This document shows, piece after piece, positions 19,886-30,100 of a stretch of DNA of 64,000 bases. Position 1 is the stretch's first letter. Every line of letters starts with the position of its first letter. A program made the translations under genes and the position numbers. Source of the stretch: Flavobacteriales bacterium (GTDB lineage: Bacteria; Bacteroidota; Bacteroidia; Flavobacteriales_F; PHOS-HE28); contig JAEUSY010000025.1 of the NCBI GenBank assembly GCA_016788295.1, forward strand, positions 7,832-71,831. The letters run 5' to 3'. Under the pieces are notes generated by a model, which worked only from the letters and a program-made list of their open reading frames with translations, made no database searches and was not told where the DNA came from.

Positions 19886-20954
19886 CCCCTTCGCCCCGCA
19901 CGAAGCGCCAACAGCTGTACAGCTGATCGCTTATGTGGAAGGAAGGCTCACGCCCGCCGAAGAGCACCAGGTGGAACTTGCCATGGAGGCAGACCCCTTT
20001 GTCCGCGAGACTGTGGAAGGACTGCGCATGCCCGGCGCGATCGAGGCCGCTGCCCGGATGGAGCGTCCGCGACCAACCGGCGGAAGTATCGGTTGGATGC
20101 CATGGGCAGTGGGTGGAACGATCCTGGCCGGAGTGGTGGCGATCTACTTTTTCCAAGGGGATGCTGTAAAGACGAGCGACCCTGCGCAGATCGTTTCAAC
20201 TGCTACACCACAACAGGCCGAGCTCTCGGCCAACGAACTGGCCGATCTGCCGTTGGAGGAAGCCGAGATCGCCGCGGCCATTGAACTGCCATTGACCCAA
20301 CAGATCGGAAGACCGGAAGACCCGCCGCAACCCAGCGAAACGCCCGTGGTTCGCGATGCACCCGTGGACCGATTGGAGGAACGGGGCACGCGCATCATTA
20401 CACCGACACCAGCCCCTACTGTGAGCCCTGCACGTCCAGCTCGCACATCGGTGCAGCTGCTCTATCTGCACGACCTGAAGCTGGTGCACCCGAAAGAACT
20501 CTACGCACGCGACCCGGTAATGGAACTGGGCAATAGCGGCGTGGATGCCAGCTACGGCGATCGTGGTCAACAACAGACCGACCGGAACGCCATCCGGAAC
20601 ATGACCTACACCTCTTACATGGACGAGGCTCTTGGCCGTTTCGCACGAAACGACAATCGGGGTTGTCTCGAAGAGCTGCGCTTCCTCATGGACCAGTATC
20701 CCGATGATGTGAACGCGCAGTTCTATGCAGGTCTGTGCTGCTACAACCTGGGCCTGTATAAACGGGCGCGGCATTTTCTTCATCAGGCTGCGGTACACAG
20801 CGTGGATGTTTTCCACGAAGAAGCCATCTGGTATCACGCGCTCACACTGCAGCGCTTGGGCGAACTGGATGCCGCCACTGAGGCCTTCTCGCGCATTGCA
20901 GCAGGAGGAGGCTTCTATGCCGAGCGGGCCCGCGAACTGGGAGGCCTTAAATGA
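19875..20954 (+). CDS. Putative anti-sigma factor: ASD-like N-domain, TM helix, Pro-rich linker, periplasmic TPRs
   Basis: LIAYVEGRL...HQVE...DPF..EGL, one TM segment, AQFYAGLC and EAIWYHAL TPR helices; overlaps sigma stop. Confidence 0.78.
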   Translation: MNIDPFAPHEAPTAVQLIAYVEGRLTPAEEHQVELAMEADPFVRETVEGLRMPGAIEAAARMERPRPTGGSIGWMPWAVGGTILAGVVAIYFFQGDAVKTSDPAQIVSTATPQQAELSANELADLPLEEAEIAAAIELPLTQQIGRPEDPPQPSETPVVRDAPVDRLEERGTRIITPTPAPTVSPARPARTSVQLLYLHDLKLVHPKELYARDPVMELGNSGVDASYGDRGQQQTDRNAIRNMTYTSYMDEALGRFARNDNRGCLEELRFLMDQYPDDVNAQFYAGLCCYNLGLYKRARHFLHQAAVHSVDVFHEEAIWYHALTLQRLGELDAATEAFSRIAAGGGFYAERARELGGLK

Positions 20955-21019
20955 CGAACGGGCCGAAGGCTTGCGCCTCGACCCGTCCGTCCCCCTTGGT
21001 CCCTACCCTAACTGCTTCA

Positions 21020-23215
21020 TCAGAGCCCAAGCACCTTGAACTCGGTACGCCGGTTCTGCTGGTGCTCGTCCTCACTGCATTTCTCGCATACGCACTGTGT
21101 CACGGGCTTGCTTTCGCCGTAGCCCTTGCCCACGATGCGGTCGCGACCGATCCCTTTCGATACGATGTAGTCCACCGCGCTCTTGGCACGCTTGTCCGAG
21201 AGCGAACGGTTGTAGGCGTCCTTACCGCGGCAATCGGTGTGTGAGCTCAGCTCGATGCGCACGGTGGGGTTGTCCATCAGCGTGGCCACCAGCTTATCCA
21301 GTTCCATAGCTGCATCCGGGCGGATGTCCGACTTGTTATAGTCGTAGAAGATGTTATCCAAGCGCACCACTTGGTTCACCTTCAGCGGGAAGAGCTTGAA
21401 GTCGTTGCGGATAAGCGAGTTGGGATTCCCCTTGGTGGTCACTTTCACGCTCTGCTTAAAGAAGCCTTCCTTATCTGCCATGATGCGGTAGTCCTTGCCC
21501 GTCTCCAATGGGAACTGATAGCGCCCGCTGGCGTCTGTTGTGATGCGGGTAAGTTCAATACCATTGCCATCCGTCAGCACCACCGAAGCATCTGCCAAGG
21601 GCTCATTGGTCTCGCCGTGGTATACGATGCCCTCGGCCAGGTAGTCGTACTTCTCCAGTTCGACCACGATATTCTCCAAGGGATCCACATCGGTCACTAC
21701 GGTTATTTCCCGTTGGTAATAACCATTGGCCACCGCAGAAAGCAGATAGCGCTGGTGATACTCGGCTTCCATGCGGAACCGTCCGCCAGGCTCGGTCTCC
21801 AACTTGTAGCGGTCCACAAAACCGCCTTGGCCGTTCTTGAGAACGATGTTGGCGTTCTCGATGGGTTGACGCGTGGCCTTGTCGATAACGACACCTGCGA
21901 GGTAGATCATCTGCGGACGCACCGTGCATCCATAGATATCATCACTGCCCTTGCCACCTGGCCGATCGCTGGCGAAGAAACCGGTGGTGTCATTGGTAAG
22001 CACCAGTCCATGATCATTGAACCGGGTGTTCATGGGATAACCCAAGTTGAACACGGTACCAGGTCCGGCAGCAGTAAGCCGCGATCGGAAAATGTCATAA
22101 CCGCCGAGACCGGTGTGTCCGGTACTACTGAAGTAGAGCGTGCTATCGCGGCCTACGTATGGGAACATCTCGTTGCTCGGAGTATTCACCTTCGGGCCGA
22201 GATTCTGGGGCGCACCCCATTGTGTACCCAGTTTATCACAGAACCAAATATCCGTTCCGCCTTCGCCACCCGGTCGGTCGCTCACGAAATACAATCGGAG
22301 GCCATCAGGGGTCACATATGGATGACCCAGGTTGTACTGTGCATCATTGTGTTCGAAGGGTACCAGATTGCCCCACTCAGGCTGGCCGAACTCGCCGGTG
22401 ACCACATCGGCATAGTAGATGCCCATGGTCAGCTCTCCTCTGTCGTTCTTGGACAATACGCCGTAATAGTCATTGTTGCGCGTGAAGTACAAGCGCTTGG
22501 CCAATGAATCATAGGCAACAGTGCCATCGTGGTGGCGGCTGTTCAACTCCTTGCGCATCACCATGGGGTCCTCCACCGTCTCGCCTTTCAGCAGTGCACT
22601 ATACAGGTTGAGGTAAGGCTCGTGGTCCCAGGCATAGGTGCGGGTACCTCCCACACCCTCGCCTCTTGCGCTGGAGAACAGGAGCAGGTCGTTCATGACC
22701 GTCATGCCCATATCCGCCATGGACGAATTGATGGGTACGGACCTCACAGATGCGCTCGTGCTATCCCGCAACAAGCGATCAAAGAGGCCCGGGTAGCTCA
22801 CGTATGCCTTGGCCCTTGCATCATCAGGACGCTGCGAGAGGTAATTGCCATACCATTCGATCGCGGTCGTATAGTTCCCGTTGGCTCGAAGCAGGTCCGC
22901 ATAGGCCAGCATGTCATCGGGTGTTTGTGCTCCCGTCGCCATGAGCTTGGTATAGGTCTTTTCGGCCTCCACGGGTTTACCCAGCTTACGGTAGGCCAGC
23001 GCAAGGCGACGAAGGTCCTGTGGCGAGGCTTTGCCCTTGGCACTAAGGTCCTCATATATGGAAGCCACCTTGGCATAATCGAACACCTCGCTGTAGCGGT
23101 CGGCCATGCGGGTCTTCAGTTTTTGGGCCTGCGCGGTCAAGGCGCCCATCAAGGCCACAAATAGCAACACAGCGGTGGCAAAGCGTTGCATCGGGTTCTT
23201 CTTGGCGTGCATCAT
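21020..23215 (-). CDS. porE: PorE-like protein: TPR, PD40 propeller, carboxypeptidase-regulatory domains, OmpA-C
   Basis: YFVSDRPGG.GGTDI PD40 repeats; NIFYDYNKSDIR, SHTDCRG, LSDKRA, NRRTEF. Confidence 0.88.
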   Translation of the reverse strand: MMHAKKNPMQRFATAVLLFVALMGALTAQAQKLKTRMADRYSEVFDYAKVASIYEDLSAKGKASPQDLRRLALAYRKLGKPVEAEKTYTKLMATGAQTPDDMLAYADLLRANGNYTTAIEWYGNYLSQRPDDARAKAYVSYPGLFDRLLRDSTSASVRSVPINSSMADMGMTVMNDLLLFSSARGEGVGGTRTYAWDHEPYLNLYSALLKGETVEDPMVMRKELNSRHHDGTVAYDSLAKRLYFTRNNDYYGVLSKNDRGELTMGIYYADVVTGEFGQPEWGNLVPFEHNDAQYNLGHPYVTPDGLRLYFVSDRPGGEGGTDIWFCDKLGTQWGAPQNLGPKVNTPSNEMFPYVGRDSTLYFSSTGHTGLGGYDIFRSRLTAAGPGTVFNLGYPMNTRFNDHGLVLTNDTTGFFASDRPGGKGSDDIYGCTVRPQMIYLAGVVIDKATRQPIENANIVLKNGQGGFVDRYKLETEPGGRFRMEAEYHQRYLLSAVANGYYQREITVVTDVDPLENIVVELEKYDYLAEGIVYHGETNEPLADASVVLTDGNGIELTRITTDASGRYQFPLETGKDYRIMADKEGFFKQSVKVTTKGNPNSLIRNDFKLFPLKVNQVVRLDNIFYDYNKSDIRPDAAMELDKLVATLMDNPTVRIELSSHTDCRGKDAYNRSLSDKRAKSAVDYIVSKGIGRDRIVGKGYGESKPVTQCVCEKCSEDEHQQNRRTEFKVLGL

Positions 23216-23218
23216 TGA

Positions 23219-24184
23219 TCAGAAGTAACGCGGTGAACGAACGCCTTTCACTTTATTGCCGAACTCGAAGCCGACCATGATCTCGTGCGACCCTCCGCTA
23301 TAATTGTTCAGGATGGACAATGGGTAGTCGTACGCATAGCCGATGGACAGGTCATTGGTGATGAGGTATTGGGCAAGCACACCCACAGCATCATCGTAGC
23401 GGTACATGGCACCCAACCAGAACTTCTCATAGAAGAGGAAATTGGCGCTCAGATCGAAGCTCAACGGCGCTCCCTCAACGGCCTTCAACAGGAATGTGGG
23501 CTTGAACTTGTGGTAGGTGCCCATATCGAACACATAGCCACCACTCAGGAAAAAGTGCGCGCGTTGGCCCGGCTCGGAGATGAAGGAGAGCGAATCCGTC
23601 TCGAAGAACTGTGTGCGCAGCATCTTCGGTGTACTGACGCCGATGTAGTAGCGATCGCTGTAGTACATCACACCGAAACCGAACTGTGGATCCAACTTGG
23701 AGTTCACATTCTGCTGGAATACCTGATCACCTGCTTGCTGCGGATTGAGGCTTTGGAAATTGCCTTGCAAGAGGTTAAGGCCACCTTTCAGGCCAAAGGA
23801 CAATTTCGCATCTCCCATGAAGATCCTATATGCCACATCGGCCATGAAGGAATACTGGGTGATGGGACCGTGACTGTCGCGGAACAGGCTTCCGCCCACG
23901 GCCAGGCTTTCATGCCATAGGGGGCTATGAATGGTCAGCGTCTGCGTGGTAGGCGCTCCCTCGAAGCCCACCCACTGGTGGCGGCTCAGACCCTTAAGAC
24001 TTACGCGTTCGGAACTTCCCGCGTAGGCCGGGTTCAGCGCGAGCATGTTGAACATGTACTGGGTGAACTGCGGGTCCTGCTGAGCCATAAGCGAGGTGCC
24101 CAGGCATAGGGCGAACGCCGCGCCCATCCATCGTTTGGCCGTCCGTTGCATCGGCTTGTGGTGTTGCGTGCTGTTGGTGCTCAT
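23219..24184 (-). CDS. porP: T9SS PorP/SprF family outer-membrane protein
   Basis: QQDPQFTQYMFN...NPAYAG, QWVGFEGAP.T, GYAYD, GSHEI, SPRYF; ATGA-coupled to the giant gene. Confidence 0.93.
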   Translation of the reverse strand: MSTNSTQHHKPMQRTAKRWMGAAFALCLGTSLMAQQDPQFTQYMFNMLALNPAYAGSSERVSLKGLSRHQWVGFEGAPTTQTLTIHSPLWHESLAVGGSLFRDSHGPITQYSFMADVAYRIFMGDAKLSFGLKGGLNLLQGNFQSLNPQQAGDQVFQQNVNSKLDPQFGFGVMYYSDRYYIGVSTPKMLRTQFFETDSLSFISEPGQRAHFFLSGGYVFDMGTYHKFKPTFLLKAVEGAPLSFDLSANFLFYEKFWLGAMYRYDDAVGVLAQYLITNDLSIGYAYDYPLSILNNYSGGSHEIMVGFEFGNKVKGVRSPRYF

Positions 24185-27100
24185 CGGCGCAGGTAGATGA
24201 AGCCGGTACGGGCATCGCTGCCGTCACCGAGGTCAAGGACATAGTAGTAGGTGGACTCTGGCAGTGTCTCACCGTATGCAGTGCCGAACTGGCTCGTGCC
24301 ATCCCACTGGTTCCGGTAAGGGCTTGCTTCGTAGACCTTGTTGCCCCAGCGATTGAAGATGGTGATGCGGTTGTTCGGATAGGTCTCGATGTTGGTGATC
24401 ACCAGCACATCGTTCACGCCATCACCATTGGGCGAGAAGGCATCCGGGACCTTCACCGTTACGCAATCCTTGATGCGCACCATCATGGTGTCAGCAGTTG
24501 GCCCACAGGGAGAACCCACAGGGAACGGACCATTGTTCACGGTCCAGATGAACGCGTATTCCGTAGTGGGCAGCTGTATAAGTTGGAAGCCATCTACATC
24601 GCTCTCAGCATTGTTCGGCTGCGAGACAATTGCGTTGCCTCCAGAAGGATTCAACACGGACCACACACCCGTGGCGGTGGAGAAAACCGCTTCTGCATTG
24701 AGCTCGGTGGACCGGACGTCCTGACAGAACTCCTGGTCGGGACCGGCATTCGCTGGAGGCACAGCGCTATTGTATACCGTGAGGCTGACAACATCGCTGG
24801 TACTTCCGCATGGGCCATTGTCAATGGTCCACTGGAAGCGGTTCTCACCGATGCCAAGACCCGTGATCACCGTGAAGGGGTTCGTCGGATCCGCTATGGT
24901 ACCCGAACCGCTGAGCAGCGTCCATTGGCCCACGCCCGGTGCCACTGGCGAGCTGGCGAACATGGTGACCGTGCCCGTCACCGGCGAGCAGAAGTCCTGG
25001 TCGGGGCCAGCGAGCGCAACAGCACCACCATTGTCGAACACGTTGATGGTGACCTCATCGGTGGTGACCGGGCCACACGGTCCGTTGTCCACCTGCCATT
25101 GCAGCGTAACACTGCCCACACCAAGTCCGCTCAACGTGGCCGTGGGACTGTTGGGGTCGCTTAGTGTGCCGGTACCGTTCACGAAGACCCAAGTACCCAC
25201 CGCGGGGAAGGTGACCGCACTACCTTGGAGCGTAACACTGTTCGTAGGCGTGCAGATCTGTTGATCGGCACCCGCATTGGCAGCAGGCTGGTTCTCGTTG
25301 AATAGCGTGATCACAACATCATCTTCCGTGTCACCACAGGGACCGTTGACGATGGTCCAACGGAACACATTGGTACCGATGGAGAGTCCGGAAACCGTGG
25401 TCGTAGGATCGTTGGTGTCAGCAAAGGTGCCGGTGCCTGAGATCACTGTCCATGATCCGGTAGCGGGGAACACCACTGCGTTGCCTGCAAGCGAGGTGCT
25501 GGTGTTGGGTGTGCACAGCTCTTGATCAGGGCCTGCGTTGGCCACTTCGCTCTCGCCATCGAAGATGAATACACTAATGGTGTCGCTGGTGGAACCACAA
25601 GCGCCATTGTCGATGGTCCACAGGAAGTCGTGCTGACCAACACCGAGGCCGAAGACAGCCGTGTTCGGGTCGGTGGGGTCGGCCAACGTACCGGTACCGC
25701 TCAACGATGTCCACAGGCCAGTGGCCGGGAAGGTGGGATCGTTGGCCACCAGCACTGCGCTATTGGCGGGAGTACACCAACTGATGTCATTACCGGCCGC
25801 AGCAGGCGTGGCCTCACCATCATAGACGAACACACGCACGGTGTCCTGGCTGGGGGGACCGAATCCGCAGTTGCCGTTGTAGATGGTCCAGATGAACTCA
25901 TTGATACCGATGGCGAGATCGGTGATCTGCGTGTTGGCGTCGTTCGGGCTCACGATCGTACCCGAACCGCTCAGAAGGGTCCACGTTCCAATGCCCGGGA
26001 TCTCCGGAGAGTTGCCTTCCATGAAGGTCTCCGTGGTGGGCGTACAAAGCTGCTGGTCGGGTCCTGCATCCGCCAATGGTGCGCTCGGGTTATACACCCT
26101 TACGGTCACTGTATCGGTAAGGATACCGTTGTTCGGGCAGGGGAACCAATCGAGTGTCCAAACGAAGGTGTTCACACCCTGAGAGAGGCCCGACACCACC
26201 GTGGTGGGATCGTTCGGATCGGCGAACACACCGGTACCTGCGATGACCGACCACGTGCCCACGCCTGGGGCAATGGGTTGTTCGCCCTGTAGCTGTACCT
26301 GCGTTATCGGCAGGCAGGACTCCAGGTCCGGTCCAGCGATGGCAGGCGTGGTGGAGTCTCCGTAGAGCGTAATGGTCACCAGGTCGAACGTGGGTGTAAG
26401 CTCGCAGGCCCCGTTATCCACTTCCCATTGGAAAACGTTCACTCCGATGGCCAAGCCCTCGATCAGCGTACCGGGGTCGTTGGCGTTCACCGGGGTGCCT
26501 GCGCCACTGATCAGTGTCCATGTACCAACGGCAGGGAAGATCACTTGGCTACCTGCCATGAACACACTGTCCTGCGGCATGCACAACTCCTGGTCCAAAC
26601 CTGCGTTCGCGATCGGGTTGTCCGGATCGAAGACGAAGATGCTCACCTCATCATCGGTGGTCACGCACGCACCACCTGTGAGGGTCCATCGGAAGATGTT
26701 CTCGCCAATTGTAAGACCGCTCACCGCAGTGGTGGGGCTAAAGGGATCAGCGATAACGCCAGTGCCCTGGGCCAATGTCCACACGCCAATGGCTGCACCC
26801 ACGGGTGCGTTACCGGTCAAGGTCGCCGTGTCGTCGGGCGAGCAAAGCTCTTGGTCCGCTCCTGCATCTGCGGGCGGCGCATCGGCATCGAACAGGACGA
26901 TGGTCACCTGATCGGTGGTGAGGCTGTTGGCGCAACCGTCACCGTTATCCACGGTCCACTCGAACACGTTCGTACCAACACCAAGGTCGGTTATCGAAGT
27001 GGCAGGATCGTTCGGGTCGGTGATGGTGCCTTGGCCTGAGATCAGCGTCCAGGTACCCACTGCCGGGAAGGTGGTACTGCTTCCGGCCATGGTGGCGCTG

Positions 27101-30100
27101 GTGATGGGCGTACACACCTCTTGGTCCGGGCCTGCGTCAGCATCGGGGTTGTTCACATCGAACACGAAGATGCTAACCACGTCCGTGGTCTGCGGATTGG
27201 CGCACACACCATTGTTCACCACCCATTGGAAGATGTTCTCGCCAATGCCGAGCCCACTGATGGCGGTGTTCGGGTTGCTCGGGTTGGCTATGGTACCTGT
27301 ACCGTTCACCAGCGTCCAAGTGCCCGTTGCCGGGAAGATCACCGTACCACCGTCCAAGGTGGTATTGGCGTCATCACTGCACAGTTCCTGGTCAGGACCA
27401 GCGTCAGCAACGGGGTTGTTCTCATCGAAGAGCGTGATCACCATCTCGTCCGTGGTGATACCCTCCGGGCAGGCGCCATTATTAACGGTCCAGCGAACAA
27501 CGATGACACCTACTCCCAGACCGGTAATGGTGGTATTGGGGTCATTGGGGTCCGTGATGGTACCAGTGCCGCTTTGAATGGTCCAAGTGCCAACGGCAGG
27601 GAACACGATGGGGCTGCCGCTGAGCTGGGCCGTGGTGTTCGGTGTGCACAGTTGCTGATCGGCACCGGCATTGGCCACAGGCAGGTTCGCATCGTAGACG
27701 CGAATACTTACTTGGTCGGTGGTCACACCATTGGCACAGGGGCCGTTGTTCACCGTCCACTCGAACACGCTCTCACCTATGCTGATGTCGAACACCACGG
27801 TGTTCGGGTCGTTCGGGTTCGCGATGGTACCGGTACCGCTAACGAGCGTCCACTCGCCTGCAGCGGGGAAGGTCACCGCGCTGCCTTGCAGGTTGGTGGT
27901 GACAATGTTCGGCGTACACAGCTCCTGGTCCGCACCAGCATTGGCGTCCACATTGTCACCATCGAATACGAAGATGCTGACCACATCAATGCTGCCACTG
28001 TTTTCGCAAGGTCCGTTGTCGATGGTCCAGAGGAAGGTGTTCTCACCAACGCCCAGGTCGGTGATCAGCGAGTTGGGATCGTTGGGGTCAACGATGGTGC
28101 CCTGGCCGCTGAGCAAGGTCCATGTACCGAAGGCCGGGAAGGTGGGCGCCACGCCCTGCATGTTGGTGCTTACTTGTGGCGTGCATAGCTGCTGATCGGC
28201 ACCTGCATTGGCTGGCGGGTTGTTCAGATCGAAGATGAAGATGCTCATCTGATCGCTGGTGATGCCGTTGGAGCACGGCCCATTGCTCACGGTCCACTGG
28301 AAGATGTTCTCGCCAACGCCCAGACCGGTCACCGTGGTCACGGCACTGGTAGGATCGGTGATCGCACCCGTGCCGCTCACCAAGGTCCACAGACCAGTGG
28401 CCGGGAAGGTGACCGTGCTGCCGAAGAGAGTTGCCACCGTGTTCGGCGTGCACTGCTGAAGGTCCTGTCCTGCATCGGCGACCGCATTGTCAGCATCGAA
28501 GAGCAGGATCGTTACCTCATCATTAGTCACAGGTCCGCAGGGGCCGTTGTTCACGCTCCACCGGAACACATTGGCGCCAATGGAGAGGCCGCTAACACCC
28601 GTATTGGGATCGTTGGCGTTGGCAAATACACCTGAACCGCTTACTACGGTCCACGTTCCAACCGAGGGAGAAATCACCGCGCTGCCCTGCAGCGTAGTGC
28701 TGGTCTGCGGGGTGCACAGTTGCTGATCGGCACCTGCATCTGCAGGTAGATTGTTCGCATCATACACACGGATCACCATGTTGTCGGTGGTCTCGCTGTT
28801 CGCGCAAGGACCGTTGGTGATCATCCACTGGAACTCGTGCGTGCCAACTGGCAGGCCTGTCACCGTGGTATTGGGGTTGCTCGGATCGGTAATGGTACCG
28901 AGGCCGGCCACCTGGAACCACATGCCTTCAGCGGGGAAAGTGGGCGTATTGGCCGCAAGGGTCGCCTGGCTTTCAGGAGTGCAGAGATCCTGGTCCGGGC
29001 CGGCCGCTGCGGGTTCCTGGTCTTCGTCGAACACGAAGATGCTCACCAGGTCGTTGGTCTGGGAGTTGGCGCATGGGCCATTGCTTACGCTCCATTGGAA
29101 CACGTTCTCACCAATGGCCAGGCCGGTAACGGTGCTGGCAGGGTTCGTGGGATCCGTGATGGTACCCGTGCCGCTGACCAAGCTCCATGTTCCCGTGGCG
29201 GGAATGGTCAAGTTGCTACCCTGCAGGGTGGTGCCCGTGTTCGGCGCACACAGTTGCTGGTCCGCACCGGCATTGGCCACCGGGTTCAATGCATCGAACA
29301 CGCGGATTACCACTTGGTCCGAGGTGCTACCGCAAGGGCCGTTGATGATCGTCCATGCGAAGATGTTCACCCCCACAGGCAGGTTGTTGATGGTGGTGTT
29401 CGGGTTGTTGGGCTGTGCAATGCTGCCACCACCGGCTATCAAAGTCCACTGACCGATACCCGGGAATGTCGGCGTGTTACCCGCCATCGACACCGAGGAT
29501 GTCGGCGTGCACACATCCTGATCGGGACCAGCGTTCGCAGCAGCTGCTGCGTTGTCGTAGACGAACACGCTGATCAGATCGGTGGTGATCGCGTTCGGGC
29601 AGGCACCGTTGTTCACCTGCCACTGGAACACGTTCTCCCCTACCGCCAAGCCGTTCACCACCGTGGTGGGTCCTGCGGGGTTGGCAATGCTGCCACTGCC
29701 GCTTACCAAGGTCCATTGACCAACAGCGGGCAGCGTGAGCGCGCTACCGTTCAATGTTGCGCTCGAGGCCGGCGTGCATAGTTGCAGGTCGTTGCCTGCG
29801 TTAGCCACCGGGTTGTTCGGGTCGTACACCAGGATCGTCACCACATCACTGGTGATCCCGCAGGCACCATTGTCGATGCTCCAACGCAGTACGTTCACAC
29901 CGATGCTCAAACCACTGACCGCCGTGGTTGGGCTTGCCGCATTGGCGAAAGTGGCCGTACCGCTCACCACGCTCCAGCTACCAGTGGCCACTCCCACAGG
30001 TGCATTACCGGACAATGTGGTGCCCGTGGCAGTGCCGCATAGCGACTGGTCGGGTCCGGCATCAGCGGACTGTGCATCACCATCGGCCAGCGTAATGGTC

